In this document: positions 25,108-39,069 of the stretch, in pieces
Layout of the letters: every line of letters begins with the position of its first letter
How positions within the stretch are numbered: the first letter of the stretch is position 1
NCBI RefSeq assembly: GCF_001194135.2
Contig: NC_068982.1
Span: 58,349,993-58,403,457, forward strand
Direction of reading: 5' to 3'
From: Octopus bimaculoides
Lineage: Eukaryota
Length of the DNA stretch: 53,465 nucleotides
Notes under the pieces: model-generated
What the model saw: only the letters and a program-made list of their open reading frames with translations
What the model was told of the DNA's origin: nothing
Databases searched by the model: none
Program-made: the position numbers and the translations under genes

Positions 25108-26009
25108 TACGTATGCATGTATGTATATATCAGTGTAACACTCACACACACACATATATAATTCATATTTGTAATGTCAGCAGGAATAACTGCTTCTCTC
25201 TTCTAATTAGTAGTAGGCTGCAGGCTGATGCTCATTCATCCAAAGTACAATTAACCCAACTATACATAGTACCAGACATCCCTCTCTCTCTCAGCACACA
25301 CACACACACACACATTCACACACATATATATATACAGACATTCACACACATGCATATAATATGTTATATTCTCTGAGTTGAAATTTGTATTTGTATTGTT
25401 CTACAGTTTGGTGTACCAACTTGCGTCTCTACACCCATTATTCACTGGTGTTTGCTTTATTCCATGTATTTCTGTTTGATATGATTTCATTATGGAGTAG
25501 AATCTAAAGACTTTTCTGCAAAAAGGATTTTATAACTAACGATTTATGCTTGTTTACATACACCAGCTCAATGCATGTTCACGCATTTATTAGTGATTTC
25601 AAATATAAATGGATATAATTTATCTATGTCTGTTTTTTTTTTGTTTTTTTTCTTATGTCTGTATTTACATCTAACAATGGAATTGTCAATTCTCCTGGCT
25701 TTTTGTTTTAAATATTCAACATAGTAAAAATCTCAGACACTTCTACATCTAGTAAAATCAAACAAATCACACAATCTCATGATACAGAACACTTGTATGT
25801 ACTTAGTCTAATCATAAACTAAGATTTAATAATTTAAATGACTGAGCACTTTCCTGAAAGAAAGTCACTTTTTAAAGTGCAAATAACTTGTGCGATTTAT
25901 AAATTGTATAGTAAATACAAAGGCAGTGAATTGGTAGAGTTGTTAGGGAGGTGGGTAGAATGCTTTGGAATATTTGATCTGATTCAAATATTAAGCATAA
26001 CTTAATGGT

Positions 26010-26280
26010 TAGGGTATCTGGCTCACAATCATAAAGTCATGAGTTCAATTCCCAACAGTGCATTGTGCCCACACTTTATTTTGCATTGATCTAGTCCACT
26101 CAGCTGGCAAAAATGAGTTGTGTCTGTAATTCCAAGGGCCAGCCTTGTCACACTCTTTGTCATGCTGAATAACCCTGAGAACTACATTAAGATATGCATG
26201 TCTGTGGAATGCTCTGTCACTTGCATGTTAATATCACAAGCAGACTGTTCTGTTTATTGGATTAATGGAGTGCCAGCCAG
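26010..26280 (+). mobile_element. Old family E-like SINE; related pieces at about 27905-28030 (+) and 51430-51660 (-)
   Basis: taatggttagggtatc...gagttcaattccc...gggccagccttgtcacactc matches the core of 18008-18385. Confidence 0.6.
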
Positions 26281-27091
26281 TTATGTGATTTGATTCTCTG
26301 CATCCCAAGTTCAAATTCTGCTGGCTTTCATCCTTTTGGGGTTGATAAAAGAAAAAGTGCCAATCCAGAGTGGTGGATCAATGGAACTTTTAGAGGGTCA
26401 AATGAGATGCCTTTGGTATCTGTTTTGGCTCTTTGTATTCTGACATCAATGTCTTTGAAGACACAGTTGCCAAGTCATATTAATCCAAGTACTACACCCT
26501 AGTAAGGAAACCAATTCCTGACTATTGGAAGAAACTTGGTGAAACAAGATTTCAAACATGGCTGTAATGACATCCTTAACATAAAATCAATTCCATGATT
26601 TCTCCCTATTAACTCAGTGAGTTGGCAGAATTGTTAGAACACTGGACTAAATGCTTAGCAGCATTTCTTCTGGTTCTTTATATTCAGATTTCAAATAACA
26701 ACTGAAATAAACTTTCTCTTTCATTCTTTCAAGGTTGATAATACAAAACGAACACTGGGATCGATGTAATCAACATACCTCATCCCCTATAAGTTGCTGG
26801 CCTTGTGCCAAAATTCAAAACCATTATTTCTTCCTACTGAAAGTCAGCAATAGCATATGTCAATGCTTTATACAAAATATAAGAGTGTGAGAATTGTCGA
26901 AAAGCCAAAGAATATTACACTGCCAAACAAAATATAGAGATTTAAGAAATATAAGAAATCTCTGACTATAAACAGATTTAAAACGTCAACACTGATTTCA
27001 ATTCATTTGAAGTTTATTTTAAGAGTACTGTAGAATATGAAATGAATTGGGAGTCATCAGAACAGCAGAAAAGACCCCACTGTTATGGGCT

Positions 27092-27534
27092 TTAATCCTT
27101 TAGCATGTAAACAGGCCATGTCCAGCCCAAGTAGTGTACCAGTTTTGTGTTCAAACCTGCAAGATTTGGCCCTCTCACACATACTGTACAATGTCATTCT
27201 AGAAATAAGCAATCTTTGAAGCCATGAGATAATGTATGATTAATTCAAAGCTATCTGAATAAATAAGCATTACATTTGACAGAGTAATCTGAATGCTAAA
27301 TATTGGGTTGTCCGGAAAGTTCGTGCCGATTTATAGTAGCTAACCTTTCAACTTATTTGCCATGAAACCACCTCAATTCTGGGAAGATGGTATTATCAAG
27401 TTAAAGAAAAGATGGAGATGCATTGTGCAACAAAATGGTTCATATTTGGTTGATTAAAAATGTAATAGCAAGTATTTACTGACCTTCTTTCCTTTCAAAA
27501 TCGGCACAAACTTTCCGGACAACCCAATAGTTAA
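27092..27534. mobile_element. TTAA MITE interrupted in its right TIR by a mariner MITE
   Basis: TTAAtcctttagcatgt...gaatgctaaa[TA insert TA]gTTAA; body homologous to 6549-6762. Confidence 0.75.
27301..27529 (+). mobile_element. Mariner-derived MITE, about 30-bp TIRs, TA target duplication
   Basis: TAttgggttgtccggaaagttcgtgccgattt ... aaatcggcacaaactttccggacaacccaaTA. Retains the transposase C-terminus FWEDGIIKLKKRWRCIVQQNGSYLVD*. Confidence 0.92.
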
Positions 27535-28499
27535 GCACCAACTAAAATCAAGTTAGCCTTTTCATCCTGGTGGGTTCCATAAAATAAAATACCAGTTGAG
27601 TCTTATGACTCATGGGGTTCATTATCCAGTTTCCTGGCTGTATTAGTGACTGAGACCCCAATGTTCTTCCTGAACAGAATGCTATACATCAGAGAGTTAC
27701 TCATTTACAGCTGAGTATACTGGAACAACATGAAATGAAATGTCTTGCTCAAGAACCTGACCCATAAATCAAAACTGTAATCTTGCAATTGTAAGAGCAA
27801 CACTTGAACCCCTAGGCCAGACAACTTCAAGGACTGCAGCGATATGACTGACTATACTTTTATACAGAAGTAAATATTGAGTTCTATATTTTGAATAATG
27901 CATGATGGTGCATAACCTTATGGTTAGGGTGTTCAGTTTAAGATTGTGGATTGTTGGGGGTTGTACCCTTTAGAAAGGAAATTCATTTTATGTTACTCCA
28001 GTCTACTGAGTTGAAATGTGAACCAGCCCATTGATGGTACAGCCCAGCCCTTCTCCTAGCTGTTTGATCTTAATTTCTGCTATATTCACTCATTTAAGTT
28101 AGATATTTAATCACTGAAACAGCACTGGACTAAATGCTGTACAAAGTAAACAAATGGTAAATACGGGCCTCAGATATACCAAATAGATGTATAACACACA
28201 ATCATGCATGCTACATACATGCGTTACATAGTTGATATTTGTGATTCACCTGCCCAAATTTATCACAGTGTCACACATATTCTGCCAAGGATTATATTAA
28301 CGGTGATGTGTCTAGATATCTTTGCCACTTATATTATATATCATTAAGTTGGTTGTTTTATTCAGCAAATGATGCTGGAATTGTTGGATTCAACAGAGTC
28401 CAGCATACTATATGGAGATAATAAGAGGCAGATAGATAAACAGAAAGATTAATAATAATAATAATAATGATGATGATGATGATGATGATGATAATGATA

Positions 28500-28694
28500 A
28501 TATCACAAAGGCTGTGGTCAGTGAAGAGAGTAGACATGGTACCAATAGCAAGTGGTGTACTTGGAAGTATCAGCACTCAACTACCAAAATGGCTGCAAAA
28601 GATTGGTGCAAGTGTGAAGGTAGAACACCTACAAAAATCAGCATTGCTTGGAACTACAAGAATTCTTTGCAATGTACTTAAGTATGACCAGTAA
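28500..28694 (+). mobile_element. 3' end of an RLE-type LINE (R4/Dong-like)
   Basis: VDMVPIASGVLGSISTQLPKWLQKIGASVKVEHLQKSALLGTTRILCNVL resembles the RLE C-terminal VxVVPxVIGALG...LQKxALLGTARIL pattern. Confidence 0.75.
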
Positions 28695-29423
28695 ACAAAG
28701 CAACAGCTTCAAGAAAAAAAAAAATTCTGTCTACAATAGAGGGAAGGGATTAGCCAATTGTACAAAAGTGAATGCTCAACTGGTATCATTTTATCAACCC
28801 TGAAAGGATGACAGACAAGGTCAACCTTGGCAAAATTTGAACTCAGAACATAAAGATGGACACAATACTGTTATGTATTTTGTCCAGCATGTAATGATTC
28901 TGCCAGCTTGCCACCTTAATGATGAAAATAATAATAACAGTTTGCATTAAATATTTTCTGATAAAGTGAATGTGAAAGTGAAACCAACAAAAACAAATTA
29001 AGTCAAATTTTAATGATAAATTGTAAATTTGGAACTTCTTGACTTCTCTCTAACAAGCCTGCTTTCTTTCAAAGAGGAATTGGTAAAGATATCAAAGACA
29101 TATTGAAAATGAAATATTTACATTTTTGTAACATTCTTGCAAGAATTTGTGGAAATATACTACTAAAAGAAGACAAAATAAATAAATAAATAAATGAATG
29201 AATAAATAAATAAGAAATTAAAATTTATTTTTGCCAAAAGAGTAAAAAAAGAATTATATAACACATTTTTAATGTTTTCTTATTTTTAATAAACATATAG
29301 AAAATTTTTTTTAAATATTACACAAAACTCCCCAAAAACAAATACACACACATACACACACACGCATGCACGCACGCATGCATGCACGCACGCACGCATG
29401 CACGCACGCACGCACGCACGCAT

Positions 29424-29456
<33 letters not shown>

Positions 29457-30531
29457 AGGGTGTTAAATTGTATTAATTCTCCTTCACATTTGGTTCTTGA
29501 TGTGCCACCTTCTCATCAAAATTAAACCTACCACCACCATTTCTATAGCTATAAAAGCAGAAATGGTAAAGAAACAATATGGTATAGAATTATTTATAGG
29601 ATGAAGAAAATTTCTACTTGATATAAATTTTATATAATTTCTGACTTTCTTAGCACCATTTTTGGGGTTGAATTTCGTGCAGCTGTGTGTCATGGCTTAT
29701 ACAAGAATAGATTTGATAATCCTTGCAAAATATATTAACAAAAACATTACACAAGTAAATAAAACTTAATGTCAAATTAGCTTGCCAAATATTTCCTTCC
29801 ATCCAGGTAAAAAAAAAAAAATTAAAAGCACATAAACAAAAATAAAAACAAAAAAATATTTAGTTAAAAGACAAACCGGAAAACAAAAGAAAAAGTATAA
29901 TATGGAAAATAGCATACATAACTTCATTATTCACAGTATTATTATTATTATCATTATTACTACTCTTATTATTCACATCATCATTATTATATATTTTTGT
30001 TATTAGATGTTTTTTTTAGGTTTTATCACTGCTGTTGGTTGTTCTTATAGTTGGTGGCAGTTGTCATGGTGCTTCAGTTGGTAATGGTCGTAATGTTGCT
30101 GCTTATGGTGTACCTGTTGTTATTACTCAATTTTTTTTAATTAATGTTTTTTTTTGNNNNNNNNNNNNNNNNNNNNNNNNNNNNNNNNNNNNNNNNNNNN
30201 NNNNNNNNNNNNNNNNNNNNNNNNNNNNNNNNNNNNNNNNNNNNNNNNNNNNNNNNNNNNNNNNNNNNNNNNNNNNNNNNNNNNNNNNNNNNNNNNNNNN
30301 NNNNNNNNNNNNNNNNNNNNNNNNNNNNNNNNNNNNNNNNNNNNNNNNNNNNNNNNNNNNNNNNNNNNNNNNNNNNNNNNNNNNNNNNNNNNNNNNNNNN
30401 NNNNNNNNNNNNNNNNNNNNNNNNNNNNNNNNNNNNNNNNNNNNNNNNNNNNNNNNNNNNNNNNNNNNNNNNNNNNNNNNNNNNNNNNNNNNNNNNNNNN
30501 NNNNNNNNNNNNNNNNNNNNNNNNNNNNNNN

Positions 30532-30584
<53 letters not shown>

Positions 30585-31067
30585 ATATATTTATATATAT
30601 ACATACATACACACACACACATATATACATACACACAGGCACATACATACACGCACGCACACATACATACATGCAATTATTTTTTACTTCATGGTTTCTA
30701 CAATTCAATACCAAACCGTTATCTCTCTCTATACAGCCTTGGAGCAACACATGTGGTACCCATGACAAATTCTTTCACCAAAAACTTACCTTCTAACTCC
30801 AGCTGAGTCTTGCAATGGCTATAAGCTCTATTTTTAAAGTCATTACAACATGATGATAAAACAAAAGGCAGTGTGTGTTACTACGTGTGGAATCGAATAT
30901 GTGTTATTTCATGTGTTCGAATGTATGCATAAATTAACATTGAAAATGTATTGGAATTTTCATCTGCATATGTATATTTACTTATAAATTTAGACATACA
31001 TAAACATATTCATACATTGAAGCATATACAAATACATAGACACAAATCTTCCTTAGCTTTATATAAC

Positions 31068-31121
<54 letters not shown>

Positions 31122-31164
31122 TTATGCACTGTTGTGGATGTCAACTGCCAGTGGATGTGAAAGT

Positions 31165-31420
31165 ACTGTTAAAAGTCCAGGACAAAAAGAACATTTATGG
31201 TGAATCAAGGCAGAACTTACAGCTCTTGTAACCTGATTACAAATTTTCATTTGTGCCTATCATGATATGTGCATTAGGCTATGTACCTATAGATTTACTC
31301 AAAAACCTAGAAATACTAGATTTTGCAAAGAAAGAACAAAAGAAGCTGACATGCATTCTCAAAATCCATTCTATTAGCAGCACAATGAAGATTTGTAAGA
31401 CATTCCAAAGATTCTCCATC
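31165..31420 (+). mobile_element. 3' end of a second RLE LINE family (R4/Dong-like)
   Basis: KVQDKKNIYG...NLQLL*PDYKFSFVPIMICALGYVP...SISSTMKICKTFQRF. Confidence 0.7.
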
Positions 31421-31507
31421 TGGAATTCTTTAGGTTGCTTTGTTAGCGACCAACTTGAACTCTCATAAGGATTGAAGTAAAATTCAAAGAATGGCTGTCT
31501 GGTCAGT

Positions 31508-31679
31508 AGGCGCAGAAGTGGCTGTGTGGTAAGTAGCTTGCTTACCAACCACATGGTTCTGGGTTCAGTTCCACTGCGTAGCACCTTGGGCAAGTGTCTT
31601 CTACTATAGCCTCAGGCCGACCAAAACCTTGTGAGTGGATTTGGTCGACAGAAACTGAAAGAAGCCCATCGTATATATG

Positions 31680-31710
<31 letters not shown>

Positions 31711-31940
31711 ATATGTTCGTGTGTCTGTGTTTGTCCCTCCAACGTTGCTTGACAACCGATGGTGGTGTGTTTTTAAGTCCCCATAACTTAGCAGTTCAGC
31801 AAAAGAGACCAATAGATTAAGTACTAGGCTTACAAAGAATAAGTCCTGGGGTTGATTTGCTCGACTAAAGGCGGTGCTCCAGCATGACCGCAGTCAAACG
31901 ACTGAAACAAGTAAAAGTGTAAAAGTGTAAAAGTGTAAAG
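31508..31940 (+). mobile_element. SINE family B, full length, with short tandem tail
   Basis: aggcgcagaagtggctgtgtggtaag...(TA)n...gactgaaacaagtaaaa(gtgtaaaa)n. Confidence 0.9.
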
Positions 31941-32307
31941 TGTATAGATACATACCCACAAACTCTTTCCCATTAGCTTAAAATAAGCCTTTCTGTCACC
32001 CTCAGTCCTTCTCCTCTCAATCACTAGAAACATCCTTTGATCTCAGTATATATGTGTAAGTGTTTGTGTATGTGAGTGCTGCATGTGTTTGTATGTCCAT
32101 GCTGCATGTATTGTGTGTATCTTTATATATGTATATATATAAAGAAAGTATATAATTTTATAAATATGATTATAAAATTATAATAAGGGCAACTACTAAG
32201 TAATGTCACATTCTAGAAGAAGATGCCAAATGGCTCTAAACTACTTTATTTATCACACAAACACGGGCTGAAAGTGAGGGAATGAATAAAAAAAGATTTT
32301 TTGAAAA

Positions 32308-32347
<40 letters not shown>

Positions 32348-32348
<1 letters not shown>

Positions 32349-32530
32349 ATGCTAGTGCCATGTAGAAGTACCCAGTACACCTTGTAAAGTGGTTGGCATT
32401 AAGAAGGACATCCAGCCACAACAGACAAATATAGCCTAGGCAGCACTCCAGCTGACCAACTCCTGTCAAACCATTCAACCCATGCCAGCATGGACAATGG
32501 ATATTAAATGATGATGATGATGGTGATGAT
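32348..32530 (+). mobile_element. SINE family A, decayed 3' part
   Basis: gtggttggcattaagaaggacatccagc...ccatgccagcatgga...(gat)n. Confidence 0.7.
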
Positions 32531-33019
32531 ATATGTGTATATATATTTTGCTTTTGCATTTGGTTTGCAAGACTCTTTGAGTGAACTCATCATGAATAGT
32601 GACAAAAGGACCTTGGCAAACACAACTGATTAACTGAATGATTAATAAAACAATTGATTAGTTATTAGTTTTAATAAGTAACCAGCTGATAAATAATAAA
32701 GTGAAGTTAAACCAGTACATGAGTTTATTATTGGCATAATGACCCTCCCTGAAGACAGCAAATTATATATATATGTACATGCAACTGGCACCTACAATTT
32801 CACATGGTGTGCTTTTGGTATGTGCTACATGTGTTTGATGGGAGAAGTCTTTATTGAGGTAGATATCTCTTGATATATACATGGTGTCAATGCTTATCAA
32901 GAAAGATGACTCTAGGATAATCCAAGTGATTTACTATTCATTTTAGAAGATTTATTACCCACTTTACTCTCATATTCAGACTGCATGGTAAGCATGAAAG
33001 CACCTCCAGTCAATTCTAA

Positions 33020-33115
33020 CCAAACCAACAAGGCTATCAACTCTGACAATGTCTCTTCTTATTATCCTCAATGCATCTCAGAACTAAGCCTTATTCTTGC
33101 CAAACTCTTCTATCT
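33020..33115 (+). mobile_element. CR1/L2-like RT N-terminal fragment
   Basis: KAINSDNVSSYYPQCISELSLILAKLF resembles KAxGPDGI..vLKkCa.ELa.iL.kLF. Confidence 0.45.
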
Positions 33116-34079
33116 CTTTCTTTTTTCCATCCTCTGTCTCTCTCTTTCCAAGGACATATCTCTATTTTTGTTGAGTTGTACTTAGAAATATTCTTTAGTT
33201 AATTTAATTCTTTTTAGAGTGACTTATAAATCTCATTCTTTATAGAAGGTTTATTAAGTCTGTTTCAATCTCGTGGGTTTTGCATGAAGTGATGAAGTGG
33301 AGGCTTTCATTTGTTCTGGAGCCAAACTTGTTGTTTGTATTTGTATGCATGTTAGCGATGCTTTTGTCAACAAAAATACATCTCATTTTTTTTTTTTTAT
33401 TAAACTTCCACATTTCTCTTCTTGTCATTTTGTATACAGCTTTTTGATAGCATTGTGATATTTTCAGAAGTGAATAAGTTTTCTTTCCATTTTAAGGTTC
33501 ACTTTTTTTTAGCATAGCAGTGCTTTAACAAATAGGGGGCATGTTATACAACTTTATTATTTCTGCTACTTATGTTTTTACATAGAGTTTCACATGACAT
33601 ATTACATTTGTCCATGTATAAGATGCACTCTCACATAAGACACATCCCTATTTTTTCCAAGAATATTTTGTGGAAAAACAAATTTAATATATTTGATCAT
33701 AGATTTATTGAAATATATCTTAAAGTAGTTTTGTGGTGGGGAAATGTATGGCTCTGTACATGTAAACACCATGCTGTGACTGTATACTGGAGTGAAATAC
33801 GAAAACATAAATTTGTCAGAAATAAACTGTTATAAGAGTGCTGTATTTCAACTTCTTATTTCAGATCAACTGTATAGCAGAATAAAATATTTTAATTTAA
33901 ATTATAACATCTAAATGCAAAGAAACAGGGGGAAAGAGAGATAAGAAAGGAAATGAAAGAAAAGCAAAAAAAGGGCTGCATGGGTAAAGCAGCAGGAGAT
34001 GGAGGGAGAGGGGTTGATGGGCCCCTTACCCCAGAACAAATGGTATTCTAAGCCATGCCTCGTGGTAATGACCACAATG

Positions 34080-34761
34080 CAGTGGAGGATGGCCAAGAAA
34101 ACAAGGAGGGCTTTTCAGCAGACTTATCCCACAGGATGAAACATAGGTCCATCACTATGATCCTGAGATTAAATGGAAGCATGAAAACTCACCACCTCGA
34201 AAGAAGGCTTGTGTCCAACCCTCAGCAGGCAAGGTGATGCTCACAGTCTTTTGGGACTAGCATAGAGTAGTGATGATGGATTTTTCTGGCAAAGGGCACC
34301 ACAATTAACAAAGCATATTATGCTTCTCTGCTGCATAAAATGCAGGATGCCATCAAAACAGAGAGGAGCAGCATGCTGACCAAAGACAACACCCCATTTC
34401 ATAATGCGCATGTTGCCCAGATGAAAGTACACCTCTGCAGCTATGAAATCCTTCATCATCCCCCTTATTCCCCTGATCTTGCACCATCTGACTTTCACCT
34501 CTTTCCAACCATGAAGTCTTTTTTGAAGGGGAAACACTTTTTGGTTGATGATGAACTTATTTCCAAGGTAAAGTCTTGGCTCCAGACACAACCTACTGAC
34601 TTCTACAGATGAGGTCTTTACAGCTGCATAAAGTGAGGGAAAGAGTGTCTCACCATTGGTAGTGGCTATGTAGAGAAGGACTAATAATTATGTCAAGTTT
34701 CACTTATCCCAGTCCTTGGGAAGTGGGTCAGGGGAAATTTTTAATGAACTCCCCCCTCGTA
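34080..34761 (+). mobile_element. Mariner transposase 3' half (irritans-like), decayed
   Basis: QDET*VHHYDPE; SAGKVMLTVFWD; HHPPYSPDLAPSDFHLF; right end ...aactcccccctcgTA. Confidence 0.92.
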
Positions 34762-34885
34762 CATTTATTTATAGCATTCTTCCTTGGCCTTCTAAAAATA
34801 AAAATTCTCTTTCAAATGAGTAGAATGGTACTCATTTAAAATAATTTTTATTTTTAGAGGTCCAGGTAAGAATGCTCTTTTTTTT

Positions 34886-35413
34886 ACTCTTTTACTCTTT
34901 TACTTGTTTCAGTCATTTGACTGCAGCCATGCTGGAGCACCACCTTTAGTCGAGCAAATCGAACTCAGGACTTATTCTTTGGAAGCCTAGTACTTATTCT
35001 ATCGGTCTCTTTTTGCCGAACCGCTAAGTTACAGGGACGTAAACAGACCAGCATTGGTTGTCAAGCGACAATAAATGCCAAGCTGTAAATAAATGTATAA
35101 TAAAATCATAGATGTGGAAAATCTCCATTCTCTGGACCTTTTTTAGTATTATGTGTGTGTGTGTGCGCGCACACACCTATACATAAGCTTGCTTCCTAAA
35201 TACATGGTCCAGGTTCAGTCCCACTGTGTGGCACTTTGGGCAAGTGTTTTCCCCTATAGCTTTAGGCTGACCAAAGCCTTGTGAGTGGATTTGATAGTTA
35301 GAAACTGAAAGAAGCCCATTGTGTGTGTGTGTGTCTGTTTGTGTGTTTCCTCCCCATGACTCCTTGACAACCAGTATTGGTGTGTTTAAGTCATGGTAAG
35401 TTAGCAGTTCAGA
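34886..35413. mobile_element. Two family B SINE pieces: minus-strand tail (34886-35066) and plus-strand body running into a gap (35165-35413)
   Basis: Family B motifs in opposite orientations. Confidence 0.8.
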
Positions 35414-35612
35414 NNNNNNNNNNNNNNNNNNNNNNNNNNNNNNNNNNNNNNNNNNNNNNNNNNNNNNNNNNNNNNNNNNNNNNNNNNNNNNNNNNNNNNN
35501 NNNNNNNNNNNNNNNNNNNNNNNNNNNNNNNNNNNNNNNNNNNNNNNNNNNNNNNNNNNNNNNNNNNNNNNNNNNNNNNNNNNNNNNNNNNNNNNNNNNN
35601 NNNNNNNNNNNN

Positions 35613-35662
<50 letters not shown>

Positions 35663-36619
35663 GTACACACACACACACACACATATATAGTATGATTTTG
35701 CTTAGGTCTAACAACACTAAAAGCTAGTTGTTAGGACTCAGTATACTCCTGCTTTAGAGTGAAGCATCATGTAAATTCAGATGTTGCTCAAGTAACATAT
35801 ACATGTGTGTGTGTGTGTTGTGTACACATCCACATTCACACGTGTTTTTATATTCATTTATGCAAACCTACACACAAAATACTCTCTCTCATTTAAACAC
35901 ACTCCCTTCCTTAACCCCAGTCAACAATTTGTGTATTTTTCTTCCATTATTTTCCTGTCCCCCTATCTAAATACACTTGTATGTTTGACGCCTAATACCT
36001 CATTCTATCTATAACTATCTTTAACATTTTCCCCACTTTCTTACCCCTTCCATCTCAAATTAAACCAATTCTTGCAAATATAATTACATACCGACATATT
36101 CTTATACAATCACATACTCTTGTTATCTACTGCATCAATGAGTATTCTTCAGCCTCATCTCTTAAGCACATCCAAAAAGAAAAAAAAATTGATGAACTGA
36201 AAAACAGCTTTGCTGTTTTCTAGATGAAAAATCTTGCAAGTCACAAGTCAACTTTGAAATATAAAATAACACACTGCCCTTAAATATGGTCGTTAATTTT
36301 TCATTTGCAGGGCACACTTATGCATATAATGCCACTATATGCATATGAATGCAGAAGATTAAAAAGAGAGATAAACAAAAGTGGGCACATTGAGTGTGTT
36401 TACATGGAAGGTTGTTAATACAAATAGATAGAATGAATCATGTATTAGTCTTATCTTTACATCTGTTTCGGATGAACAATGACCAATGCCATAACCATGA
36501 ATATTATGTAATAAACTCTCATAATATCATAGGTGTATGGAATAACATGGATTTTCAGAGATCCATGAAGTGAAATGATGTTATTGTCGTTAGAAGATTG
36601 TACTGAATACGCATATAAT

Positions 36620-36669
<50 letters not shown>

Positions 36670-37128
36670 CATATATATATATACATATATACATATATAT
36701 ATATATACATATATATATATACATANNNNNNNNNNNNNNNNNNNNNNNNNNNNNNNNNNNNNNNNNNNNNNNNNNNNNNNNNNNNNNNNNNNNNNNNNNN
36801 NNNNNNNNNNNNNNNNNNNNNNNNNNNNNNNNNNNNNNNNNNNNNNNNNNNNNNNNNNNNNNNNNNNNNNNNNNNNNNNNNNNNNNNNNNNNNNNNNNNN
36901 NNNNNNNNNNNNNNNNNNNNNNNNNNNNNNNNNNNNNNNNNNNNNNNNNNNNNNNNNNNNNNNNNNNNNNNNNNNNNNNNNNNNNNNNNNNNNNNNNNNN
37001 NNNNNNNNNNNNNNNNNNNNNNNNNNNNNNNNNNNNNNNNNNNNNNNNNNNNNNNNNNNNNNNNNNNNNNNNNNNNNNNNNNNNNNNNNNNNNNNNNNNN
37101 NNNNNNNNNNNNNNNNNNNNNNNNNNNN

Positions 37129-37165
<37 letters not shown>

Positions 37166-37252
37166 CATACATATATATATATATACATACATATATATAT
37201 ATACATATACATACATATATATATATACATATACATACATATATATATATAC

Positions 37253-37285
<33 letters not shown>

Positions 37286-37465
37286 CATACATACATATAT
37301 GTGTGTGTGTGTGTATCTGTGTATGTGTTATGTATGTATACACATGTATATTTACATACATACACACGAATTTGTACACATATACGTGCACACACACATA
37401 AATGTATGTATATGCATACACACTTTACACGCTCCAACGTACATATATATGTGTGTGTGTGTGTA

Positions 37466-37516
<51 letters not shown>

Positions 37517-39069
37517 ATATGTACGCATATATTTTAATGTAAGTGTGTGTCTGCACACCCGTACATGTTCCTGTGCATATCATCTGTCTATAAGCCAAAT
37601 GTACATTACCAGTTGACTAAATGAAAAGACAGCCACAAGAATAAAAATAGATAAAACAAGAAAAGACATTAAAACAAATGAAAACAGAATATATCAAGTT
37701 AAAAACAAAAAAGAAAAATTTCAGAGATTTGATATTTCGTCATGAGGGCAAAAAAAAAAAAAAAAAAAAGAAAAGAGAAGAAAGAAAAAAAACGACAACC
37801 AGCCTATTTAGTGCTACCTCTGAAGATTTCTCATCTCATTAGCATGCAAACCCTTAACATTGTTCAACAGAGAGCTTCAACAATGCTGAAAGCTTTATTG
37901 CTCCTACTGTCAAAGTGAAGGTATCACATAGAATTCGTTTACCAATTATATTTGCATTTCCGTATCATCTTTTCAACAGGCACTGGTGCACATGACTTAT
38001 GAAAGTGGAATGGTTCGCTGAGGATGTAGCGTCTTTGAGCCAATAAACTACTCATTTTTTTGGTTTATCTTTTTTTTTTTTTTTTTGGTTTTGGTACACA
38101 TGTGTCTGTCTGTGTTTGTGCGTATGTGTGTGCATGTGTGTGTATGTCAATGCTTGCACATTATATATATATATATATATATATACACATACATATGTGC
38201 ATGCACACACACACACACACAAGCACACACATATTATATATACATACATGTGAGTGTGTATATATTTGTGTATATATATATATATATATATATATGAGTG
38301 TAGTAAGTGTATGTGTGTGTGTATACATATATGTGGAAATATTTATATATATGTGTGCATCTGTACATGGGTAAATGTATGACTGTTTGTGAGTGAGTAT
38401 GTTTGTGTGTGAGTCTATGACAATGCGTATATATGTTAATGTATGAGTAATTTCAAATATATGTCTATGTTTGTGCGAGTGTAAAATGTCTTCAAATGTC
38501 TACATGTGTGAGCTTATATGTATGTGTTTGTATAATACTGAGGACAGTATACGAAATGTGATAGCAAGTGTGTGCATTCCTGCATGCATATGTGCATTAT
38601 AGTTTTGTCTGGGTATATGTATGAATGCATGTAGACACACACACACACATGTATATGTATACCTGTGCACACACACATACATATATATGTATGGATGGAT
38701 GGATATATGTATGCATATATACTATAGCACATATATGTATACATATATATACATATGTATAATGAAAATGTGTACATATGAGTAAGTGTGCATACAGAGA
38801 GGAATGGAGACAGATAGAGAGAGAGAGAAAGAGAGTAGTTAGTTGACCTTATCAGACTGCAAAAAGTACTCACATTGTATTGTTTATATTGTTGGTTCTC
38901 TTAATGGGTAGACAAATGTGTTTGATACAGGATAGGTAGAAAGCATTATAGTACCGAAATATAAGAATTAGGGTTAGTAAGAAAGATTGACAATTTGTAC
39001 AAATGTGTGTGTCATAGGCATTGATATTGGCCCCAGAATTCAATGTCAGTTAAGTTTTTGCCTGTTCTC

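Noticed and set aside
26400-26980. Possible hAT (Charlie/GTF2IRD2-like) C-terminal fragment (PDYWKKLGETRFQTWL)
   Set aside because: Similarity too short and weak to support without a search.
37880-38030. Exon-like segments on both strands (SFNNAESFIAPTVKVK/ALVHMTYESGMVR*; RYILSEPFHFHKSCAPVPVEK)
   Set aside because: Mutually exclusive readings, a 59-nt intron atypical for this context, and no recognised protein.
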